From positions 186,001-250,000 of the forward strand of contig NIVC01000486.1 in NCBI GenBank assembly GCA_002269645.1: a DNA stretch of 64,000 bases, written 5' to 3'. Under the pieces are notes generated by a model. The model searched no databases. It saw nothing but the letters and a program-made list of their open reading frames with translations, and was not told the DNA's origin. This document shows, in pieces, positions 34,132 through 45,400 of the stretch. This DNA comes from Macrostomum lignano (Eukaryota). The translations under genes and the position numbers were made by a program. Each line of letters begins with the position of its first letter. The stretch's first letter is position 1.

Positions 34132-36949
34132 ATAGAAAAGTAAGTTCGATGAAGTTGCTTTTCAAAAAGCGCTACCGGTATAACAATTGAACAATGAAAG
34201 TTCCAGAAAAACTACAATCTTTTGAATAAAGATTTTTCTCGCGTCGTCCGTCGTCTGAAGATTGTCAATGATAAAACATCGTGCATGTACATTTATTATG
34301 AAAAAAATATGTCAACTAGACATTCCCAGGTATTTGGCTTGTGTCCGCGACTGGAAACAGCTGGTGCAGTTGGTGCAGTTTAACTGTTTTTGTTTTTCTT
34401 GCTGTTGCATTATATTAGGTCGTTGCTATCATTCGGGTTGTTCACACTGCATTTTCTCGTTGTAATTAATACATCTACATGTTCAGCCAGGGGCGTCACA
34501 ATTTGGATTTTATGATGGATGGGGGGACTAAGCCGAAGGCACTCATTTTGGCGCCGAAGGCGCTATATTTTGGCGCCCTGAATAAAATTATTGAAAGCAT
34601 TGGACTATAATTAAAATGCATTTCTTAAACTTTTTAATGTTATATGCCTACATGTAGTTGATTCACAAGGTTCTATCTTGCTGAATGCATAAAAAGCTTA
34701 TCGTCTAGAGTAAAAAATATGCATTTTGGTTTAGTGTTCTGACATTCTTTGCCGTAAATTTAAACTGCATGTACTGTAATTATCAATTATCTTGGACCGC
34801 GCCCGCGGGCGTCTTTTCTATGAAAATTGTCTACGTGACGTGGTGGTGTCCTGTGCTGTGTGGTTTTTAATTGTAATAAACTGTTAGTACTGTTGTAATG
34901 GTGTTGTGTAGGAAGACATTTAACTCATTTCTGTAAGTTAGCAATTGCTCACATGTTAATGATTGAACCAATGCCCGTTGGACTATCATGTTGTATTCTT
35001 TAGAATAGTAGTTTATTTTTATTAATATTTATTCTATTTTCTATAGTATCGATCTTCTAGTTTCGCACATTTAATTATTTTTCAATAATAAAAAGATTCA
35101 GAGATATTTTCATAGTTATAGCACATTAATATATATCATGTATTTTTGTAGGTTTATTTAACTTAGTAGGCCTAAAAATCTTGATGCTTGACCTTGGCTT
35201 TGTTGGATGTTGATCTAGCCATAAAAGGATGTCATACAGTGATACACCCTTGGGCTTGGCCATAGCATCTGCTTTGCCATCCAATTCTAGACCATGTTGG
35301 CATGTCTGACATGTCATATGTTTTATAAGCCTAGCCATTGGCACAATGTCATTTAGGCCCTATTATTTTATTAGAGCAGATCAATATAAATTATGCACTT
35401 CCACTATATCCAATGATCATATTCATAGTAAGGTGGAGTGGGGACGGAGAAAAGAAAATGGGATTTAAAAAAATATTTGGTTGTTGCATTTGTACAAATA
35501 AATCTAGAAAATCATGCAGATGCAGACTAATTGCAACATTATTTTCTCCTATTTTACTCTGGCTACCAGGGTCCTCAAATTCCAGGGGGAGGGTAGTTGT
35601 AGTGTAGCTGAGTGGTCATTTAGTGGCACAGTCGTTCAAATGATAGATACTAAAGTCAAAGATTTTGACACTGTTAATTAATATATCAATTTGTTGAGCT
35701 GATTACTATCAGTAGGATAGAGCTGCAACCATTGTAATTCTCATATTATTGAACAAATAAGTCTTAGAGCTTTCTTTAAGATGAGAACTTTGGATTGTTT
35801 TATGTCCCACTGACAAATAACTTAAAATAGGCTATGGCTTAAAGATTAATGTAAATATTGGAGACAAGATATATTAATGGTTTATTAACTGTTTGGTGGT
35901 TAAAGCTAGATAAAGTATAGCAGATCAGGTTAACTAGGAAATAATTTTGTGCTACTAAATATACGACTGACATTGACTTTGTGGGTGCCAAGGTGCTAAA
36001 CTACAATAACAGAATTAAGGCTTACAATTAAAGCTTCATAATTGGGATAAATAAGCTTAGTCAATCAAGATAAGGAGAGTAAGCTAGCAAAGTAAACAAA
36101 ATGGAATGCAAAAACATAAACAATTGAGGAAAAAGAGATGAGGGTTTTAAACATGCAAAAGTAGGAGATTAAATAGTAAGCAGCCAGCAATCCAACAGGT
36201 GGGGGCGGATGCTAGACATAGGGGTGGGCATGAATGAACACAGTGTGGGCAAAAGGGCAAAATTCTGGGGAAACAATGAAAATTAACAAAAGATCCATAG
36301 AGAGGACATTAATGGGTCATAACATGGAAAATGGAGAAAATCACACTTGGACAGGCAAAGATGGACCATGCTAGGATAAACTAACATTAGGCAATCAGAG
36401 CACAGATGACTTGTTATGCAAAAATTAATTCAGCTAAAGTTAATTAAGTCACAAATTCAAGTGGCAACCTGCCTGCCATAATAGGGTCTCCAATGAGATT
36501 TTGAAAGTTTTAAATTTATTATTTTTAAGATAGGCCTATGTAGTGTAACAAATACCAAATAACAAATCCAAGTCACAGGTGAAGATGCAAATGGGTTGGG
36601 AGTTAATGTTAGGCCTATTAGCTTAATGTGATTATGGGAACTTCTAGCAATCATGTGGCAGTAGCACCTGAATGCTAAGCAAACTCAGATTGATGCAAAT
36701 GAAGTTGAGATCTAACTTTTATGAGCTAATTAATCAATGTATATATAGTCTCACTCAGATTTATAAATATTTATCTATCAAGTCTAATGTATGAAGTGCA
36801 ATAGGCAACAAATCACTCACTTTGAGCTCCACATAATGCATGCTTAGAAAGAAACCCAATTCAAATTGTATTTTATATAAATGCAACCCTTAATTAATAA
36901 AACATATATTAGACAATTTTATTTTTTTATTAGAGGCAGGGGGCTGTGT

Positions 36950-37281
36950 GCACCCTGGTATACTTTAAGCAACATAGGCACACAACCAGCGAGAGGCATT
37001 ACTGCCTGTTCTGCTGACTCTCCTGAGCAGGCATACAAGCGCATGGATATATACGCAGGCACACACTCACACAGGAGTGTACAGCGGCCCTAACTTTATA
37101 TTATTGTTAGGCATGTACACTTCACTGCACCTTGGGAGATTGGCTTTCAAGGCCGTTAATTGCACAAGCAAAGCCAAGCTGAGATTCCAATTCAGCCCCA
37201 AATTAATGTGACTGCACTTGGAATTGAGCCTGGGTTGCTGGCACACCAGAACAGCTGCGCTACCGCTAGGCTATGGTCTCC
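36950..37281 (-). mobile_element. tRNA-derived SINE family B, copy with complete head
   Basis: The - strand head reads GGAGACCATAGCCTAGCGGTAGCGC...CCCAGGCTCAATTCC (A and B boxes). The body is homologous to 5110-5373 with an insertion of about 45 bp. Confidence 0.65.
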
Positions 37282-39434
37282 TGTATATCAGACAATACAT
37301 GTCTAATATATGATACAATACTATGCTACTTACAATTAAACACTTTCTTTTAGCAATGCAAGATGTTAAATTACATATTTTAATAATAATAGATGGTCCA
37401 ACTAATTGCAAAAAGCAAATAAGTGATTAACCCCAAAATAGGATAATGACTGAAATGACACATTCACAGTAGGCCTATCTATTAGAAGACAATAACAGCA
37501 TCACAAAATGGCTTCACTTATTAATTTTGGTTAAGTAATAAAAAAGTTATAGCATTTTTTGTCTAAAAATTGTTTTTTAGATAGGAAAAATGCATTATAG
37601 GTTGGTGCCATTTTAAGTATAAATATAATTTTTTTCACTTTTTTGTTATATCTGTTTTGCTATTCAACATATAATATTGAGCCTGGTATCATTTTAAAGA
37701 CTAATCAGTTCTACACAATATTAGCAAATTGTATTTATTTTTTAGTGTATCTTTTTGGGTTTGCATTTTAATTTTTTTAAGTGAAAAAAGCATATCAAAA
37801 GTACATCAAAATTAAAATTTCAAAGAGCCACTATTTAAAAAAAATTGCTTTTTCTAAAAAAAAATTATTCCACAACGTAGTTGTATATGTTTTTATATAT
37901 ATTTGCCTTTATATTGACCAAGGTTAAAAAATATACCAATTTTGTGACTTTTTTGCTATTAGAACTTGATAGTATATATCTTTAAATTGCACAGTTTCAA
38001 CTTTAAATAATTATAGCTTTTAGACTAATGAATATGAATATATATTAAGTCTACTTTTTTATTGTAAAATATATAGAAAAAAAGTTTTTTGTCTTTGGTT
38101 TTTGACTTTGGTTAATTCAAAAGTATTTTTTCATTTTGTCTCTATATTATTACTTGTTAATTAGCTGCAACTAAAGACTAAAGTTAGCCTATTTTATATT
38201 TAATGCTATTTGCCTTTGCATATAATATATATTGTTTGCTTTGCTTCTTAAATGCAAAGCATATACCCTAAAGCCTTGACTTCTTAGCAATTCTTCCCCT
38301 ATAAACCTTGATAATTATTCTTTCATATCTAGATTCCATTTCTTTAGATTGTGTCTAGAGAAATAGATAAGAAATATGAAATGGAGTCTAGATATGAAAG
38401 ACAAGAAGTGCCGTACTTTTGAAATGTAATCATTTAATGCAATTTTTATATGGGAATGGTTTTCATCTAAAACTGATATAATACATGAAGTGCTAATTTA
38501 TAAAAGAGGAGCTAGAATCATTGCTTCCCTGAATGCTTGAAATCTTCAATCTCTAGAAACCAACCATTTGTAAATTTATTTTTAGAACTTCTATCTTATT
38601 TTTTAAAATTTGTTGAGGTGATCATAACTTTATTTGGTGATCATTATTTGAAAGATTGCCTAAAATTCATGACAATCTTGACAAAAGATTGACGAAACAA
38701 ATATTATAGCTACTTAATAAGAATGTCTATAACTATCAAGGTATTTTTTCTATATCTAATAAGTCCCTTAAATTCCAAGATATATATTAATTGCCAAATA
38801 AGCAAGTTTGTTGATATCACTTTTTGGTATTTTTTAGCTCTTCTTTAGTAGATTTTTATGGCTCTTGCCAACTAAAAGGGGTGTTGCATAAGTTTCTAAG
38901 CTAATATTTTAACCAAAAACAATTTTTATTGCTGTATTCATTCTAGTAGAAATTGGCAATGAAATGAGGGTGGTGCTAAAGTTCCTTGACTAGTGCTACT
39001 ATGCTCAAGTGGTATATCCAAATTTATTTTAAAAAATTACCCAGAGCTACATTTGTTCTAAAGTTATAGACTAATTACAATTGACTCAATTTGACTATGC
39101 AAAATCTATGCACATTTTTAAACTTTTGGTTGAAATTGTGTTTTTGCTTTAAAAATTAGTTAATTATTTTGCTGCTTGCACATTCTAGGGCTGCCCTATC
39201 CTTACAAGATTTTATCTCTAAATGTTACTGTGGTTAAGCCAAATATAAATTTAGTTTCAGCCAAAATGTTGCTTAAATTGTGTATTTGGTAATTAGTCCA
39301 GAAACTTTTGTAATAACCCCTCGTAATAAAATTATCCATTAACAATTTTTCTTCTTCTATATTAGCACAGTGTTCACTTTTCATTTCCAGTCACCAAGGA
39401 CAGGCAGTAAAGAGTCCAGCAAGCACTGACCAAC

Positions 39435-42400
39435 ATGCCATTGTCTACTATCACTTGTTCTACGCTACTCATAGTAGTGTTATTACTGCTAGCATCTTTG
39501 GCTTTGTCGTTGCCAGCTGCACTAACAAAGAAAGATTTAGCAGTGGCAACAGTAATAAAGCCATCACTAAACTCCACTTTATTGTCATTAGTTGCCAATT
39601 GTACAACAGATGCTAACTGTTTACCAATGGGACTCTGTTTTGAAGGCCAGTGCCACCATGGACCTAGAAAATGCAGCCTAATTAACAATACAAGTCCTGG
39701 TTGTGGAAATTATGAAGTCTGTCTTCTTCACACAGCCAATAGCACTGTTGAGACTGCTAATGCTGCCAATGGATCTTTTGGAGTCTGCATTTGTCAACAG
39801 AATGCTAACAGATTGTCACTGACTGAATGTGGTAAGTCCACTTAGTAGTGTCATTAGCGTATTTTCTTTTTTCTGCCATTGATCTAACATTGATAAAACC
39901 TCTGTTTTTGGCGCCCTTAACACCTCTTTTTGGCGTCCCCAACACCTCCCTGTTTTTGGCGCTCACAACACCCTGTTTTTGGCGCCCCCCAACTCCCTGT
40001 TTTTGGCGCCCCCAACACCCTGTTTTTGGCGCCCCCAAACACCCCTGTTTTTGGCGCCCCCCAACTCCCTGTTTTTGGCGCCCCCCAACTCCCTGTTTTT
40101 GGCGCCCCCAAGACCCTGTTTTTGGCGCCCCCAAACACCCCTGTTTTTGGCGCCCCCCAACTCCCTGTTTTTGGCGCCCCTAATACCTCCCTGTTTTTGG
40201 CGCCCCTAACACCTCCCTGTTTTTGGCGTCCCCATATTTACGCATCCCTAAAAGTCATTAGTTGTACATAGTTTGTATACTATGTACAGCAGCTACCAAA
40301 AACCGGTTTCAATAAATCATGAGGCCCCTCAGCCATGAAAGCGTTTCGCCTTTTTTGCTCAGTGACACCCCAGTCTGAGCTTCGGCCATTTCAGATTTGA
40401 TCATCTCCCAGCACGCTGCCTAATGCACCTCTCTCCCTCTGACACCCCCACCCGGCCCTGCGCTTGGCTGCTCCCGGAAATCCCCACTCACCCCATTTGT
40501 TCACGTTCTCCCCCCTTAACTGGCTGAGCCAAATCCCAAGCTGTCGCTTGCAGGATTTATAAATCCTTCCATTGGACAGTAAAAAATCCCAAAAATTAAA
40601 GACATTGCCTGTTGTTTTTGTCATTCTATATTTGGACAGCAATGGGCAAAAACTTGTTTTCCTGCATGGTCTATTCCAATCTGATAATGTCTGTTATTGT
40701 TTTAGCCGTTGCCAACTCAACTAACGCTGTGTCGACTATGGTGTCGGTTTCAACAAATACTACTAATAGTATTGCTGCAACTAATGCAACAGCTGATTTG
40801 TTGTTTAATAATGCATCGGCTGGTTTGAATACTACTAGTAAGTAGATTATGCGCATTTATTGATAATTTCAAGCTGACCTTCCTTTAGGTCTGTAACAAT
40901 AGTAACTTGACTGGGGGTTGCAGCCTAGTGGTTAGAGCGTCGGACTCACGACTGAAAGGTCGGGGGTTCGATTCTCGACCCACCCGGAACAATTTTTATC
41001 CTTGAGCAAGACACTTAACTCTGCATTGCTTCAGTTCACCCAGCTGTAAAATGGTTGCCAGCATTAGCTGGGGTAATTGAGGCTGTGTGGCGACCCCCCC
41101 CCCAGTTCTTGGACTAAACAGCCGTACGCTGCTGCCAGTAGTGCACTGGGAAAGTGCAATCGTCTTTTACATTACAAAGACTAGACAGCCGAAGGGAAAG
41201 AAATGCAATCAATTAGTTGGATACCCCCCTGCAAACTACCTGAAAATTGTCCTGTTGAAAACGATACCGTGAGAAGAATCGCTAAAAAGTCGTTACAAAC
41301 AGCTTAGTAGCAACTCTGTGGCGACTCTTGTGACTTTTTAACCACTCAAACGCGTCTCATGCAACGGAGAAGCGACTATTCTGCAACGGAGAGTTGAAGA
41401 ATGGTAAAAGTCGCAAAAGACTCAGAGTTGTCCAAGAATCGTTGTGTTGGCGATCAACTTTTGCTAGAGATGTAACTCTGATTCATGAAGCGACGCAGAT
41501 GCGCTTCAAACACAGCTCAGTAGTGTCTCTTCAGCGACTCTAGAGTCATCTCTAGAGTCAGTTCTTTCCTATTTTGCCTGTGTCATCTGCAACGACTCTG
41601 GAGCGACGCCCAATAAAAACGGTAACTAGGCCAAAAAGCATCCGAGATGTCACAACGAGATGTCATGTTACAACTCGCCAAAAAGTCGTCAGAGTCACTT
41701 TGATCAGGCGAGTTCAGCAACTTTGAAGCGACTCTGAGGCAACGCACTTGACTTTGGCTCCGGGGACGTAAAGTCGTATTTGTGGCGTGCTGGAGTCGCT
41801 GAAGAGACACTGAGTTGTGTTTGAAGCGCATTTGCGTCGCTTGATGAATTAGTCACAGACACTTCTAGCTAGCTAGCGACTGTGACGCAACCGTTTTCAT
41901 CGGGTATTTGCAATTTTCTGTTATTCTCCAATCGCTTTAATCAGCAGCCGCCCCAACCGGCCCAACGGCTGTCATTCGACCTTCGACGCTCACGGTTGAA
42001 CTGCCCAATGTTGTCCTGCTGGACGGTAGCGCCAGTCGCGAAGGCTCTTCGCCTATCGAAGCCTACTCCTGGGAGGCTGTCGACGGTCCGCTGCCGCAGT
42101 TGTCTGGCGCTGCGGCTGCCGCTGCATCGGGGTCTTCTTCTTCTTCGTCTTCGTCGTCGGCCGTGTCGGGCCCCGATCCAGGTGGCGGCGGTGGTGGCGG
42201 CGGACCCGCCTGGCGCCAGTCGGTGCTGCGCGTTCGTCTCTCTGCTGGCGCCTACCGGCTCCGCCTGACTGTGCGCGACGCCAACGGCCTGACCGACTCG
42301 GCTGGGGCCAACGTGACTGTCCTGCCGGCCAGGGACAGCCCGCCGAGGGCCAGCGCCGGCAGCGGGATTGTCATCTACCTGCCGAATAACAGGGTCAACC

Positions 42401-45400
42401 TCACTGGGGAGGGCAGCACCGATGATCGGGGCATTGTTAGTTACGCTTGGACTCAGGTCGGAGATCCGATCCTGAGCGCGGATATGCAGGTGAGTTGCAG
42501 GTGATCTCCAGTTTGAGTCATTCGATCTCTAGTTTGAGTCATTCGATCTCTAGTTTGAGTCATTCGATCTCTAGTTTGAGTCATTCGATCTCCAGTTTGA
42601 GTCATTCGATCTCTAGTTTGAGTCATTCGATCTCTAGTTTGAGTCATTCGATCTCTAGTTTGAGTCATTCGATCTCCAGTTTGAGTCATTCGATCTCTAG
42701 TTTGAGTCATTCGATCTCAATTTTGAGTCATTCGATGTGCCGTATGCAGAAAGCCTAGTCCAGACTAGCTCAGTAGTTGTGTAGTTCAGTCTATAGTCTA
42801 TGGTCTAGCTAACCTAGTTCTGTCTATAGTAGACCGGTCCAACTTTGTGTTTCTGCATACCAAATCCAAGTCCAGACTGGCTTTTCAAGACCGGACTACC
42901 CTAGACAGAGCTTTCTGCATACGGCCCGATCTCTAGTTTGAGTCATTCGATCTCTAGTTTGAGTCATTCGATCTCTAGTTTGAGTCATTCGATCTCTAGT
43001 TTGAGTAATTCGATCTCAGGTTTGAGTCATTCGATCTCAAGTTGGAGTCATTCGATCTCTAGTTTGAGTCATTCGATCTCCATTTTGAGTCATTCGATCT
43101 CAGGTTTGGGTCATTCGATCTCAATTTTGAGTCATTCGATCTCAATTTTGAGTCATTCGATCTCAGGTTTGAGTCATTCGATCTCAGGTTTTGAGTCATT
43201 CGATCTCAGGTTTGAGTCATTCGATCTCAGGTTTGAGTCATTCGATCTCAGGTTTGAGTCATTCGATCTCAATTTTGATTCATTTGATATCAATTTTGAG
43301 TAATTCGATCTCAAGTTTCAATCATTCGATCTCAGGTTTGAGTCATTCGATCAAGTCATCAGTTAATTGCATTATCTTTATCAATCATCAGTTACAGTCA
43401 ATCCATCAATCATCTGCTGATCCCGCCCGCTCAATACGGCAGGGCGCCCACTCGAAGCTGCTAAGGCTGTCCGGCCTGGTGGAGGGCGAGTACAAGTTCC
43501 AGCTGACAGTGACTGACGCGGCCGGCCAGTCGGACAGCGCCAACGTCACCGTGCTGGTTAAACGGCGCGGACTCAACCGGCCGCCGGTGATTCGCGCCGT
43601 GCCGGACAAGCTGAAAGTCCGACTGCCGCAATCGTCTGTCAGCATCAGCGCCGAAGCGTCTGACGATACCGGAGTCATTGCTGGCTGGCTGTGGGAGCAG
43701 CTGGACGACGGCAACAAGCGCCTGCGGCTGTTGAATGCCACGTCTCAGACTGTTAATGTCACTGGTAGGCGACGCTTATTAAGTCTGACACAGTTCACAA
43801 TAAGTCTGACACAGTTCTCAATAAGTCTGACACAGTTCACAATAAGTCTGACACAGTTCTCAATAAGTCTGACACAGTTCACAATAAGTCTGACACAGTT
43901 TTCAATAAGTCTGACACAGTTCTCAATAAGTCTGACACAGTTCTCAATAAGTCTGACACAGTTCTCAATAAGTCTGACACAGTTCACAATAAGTCTGACA
44001 CAGTTCTCAATAAGTCTGAGTCGTCTGACACAGTTCACAATAAGTCTGACACAGTTCACAATAAGTCTGACACAGTTCTCAATAAGTCTGACACAGTTCA
44101 CAATAAGTCTGACACAGTTCTCAATAAGTCTGACACAGTTCACAATAAGTCTGACACAGTTCTCTGAACAGTTCTCAATAAGTCTGACACAGTTCACAAT
44201 AAGTCTGACACAGTTCACAATAAGTCTGACACAGTTCTCAATAAGTCTGAGTCGTCTGACACAGTTCACAATAAGTCTGACACAGTTCACAATAAGTCTG
44301 ACACAGTTTTCAATAAGTCTGACACAGTTCTCAATAAGTCTGACACAGTTCTCAATAAGTCTGACACAGTTCTCAATAAGTCTGACACAGTTCACAATAA
44401 GTCTGACACAGTTCACAATAAGTCTGACACAGTTCTCAATAAGTCTGAGTCGTCTGACACAGTTCACAATAAGTCTGACACAGTTCATAATAAGTCTGAG
44501 ACAGTTCTCAATAAGTCTGACACAGTTCACAATAAGTCTGACACAGTTCTCAATAAGTCTGACACAGTTCTCAATAAGTCTGACACAGTTCTCAATAAGT
44601 CTGACACAGTTCTCAATAAGTCTGACACAGTTCTCTGACGCAGTTCTCAATAAGTCTGACACAGTTCTCAATAAGTCTGACACAGTTCTCAATAAGTCTG
44701 ACACAGTTCTCAATAAGTCTGACACAGTTCTCAATAAGTCTGACACAGTTCACAACAAGTCTGACGCAGTTCTCAATAAGTCTGATAAAGTTCTCTTTAA
44801 GTCCGACATAGATCTTTATAAGACTGGCACAGATCTCTATAAGTCTCAAAAGCCTGAGTAGGCAATTATCAACTCGGACACAGTTTTCCTCACGGCTGAT
44901 TCTCCTCATCAAGCCTGACTCTCCTCATCAAGCCTGACTCTCCTCACCAAGCTGGACTCTCCTCATCAAGCCTGACTCTCCTCATCAAGCCTGACTCCTC
45001 ATCGAGCCTGACTCTCCTCATCAAGCCTGACTCTCCTCATCAAGCCTGACTCTCCTCATCAAGCCTGACTCTCCTCATCAAGCCTGACTCTCCTCATCAA
45101 GCCTGACTCTCCTCATCAAGCCTGACTCTCCTCATCAAGCCTGACTCTCCTCATCAAGCCTGACTCTCCTCATCAAGCCTGACTCCTCATCGAGCCTGAC
45201 TCTCCTCATCAAGCCTGACTCTCATCTGACTCTCCTCATCAAGGCTGACTCTCCTCATCAAGCCTGACACTCCTCATCAAGCCTGACACTCCTCATCGAG
45301 CCTGACTCTCCTCATCAAGCCTGACTCTCCTCATCAAGCCTGACTCTCCTCATCAAGCCTGAATCCAATAATTTTACGATCGTCGCCGTCTGCTCACTTC

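Noticed and set aside
35126-35344. ORF with CxxC (TCQTCQ...HP) suggesting a BED zinc finger or transposase remnant
   Set aside because: The His ligands and spacing do not fit and no adjoining transposase motifs are visible.
43191-44861. 556-aa ORF with (LTQFSIS)n
   Set aside because: Only 43443-43764 is a PKD exon; the flanks are 21-bp repeats.
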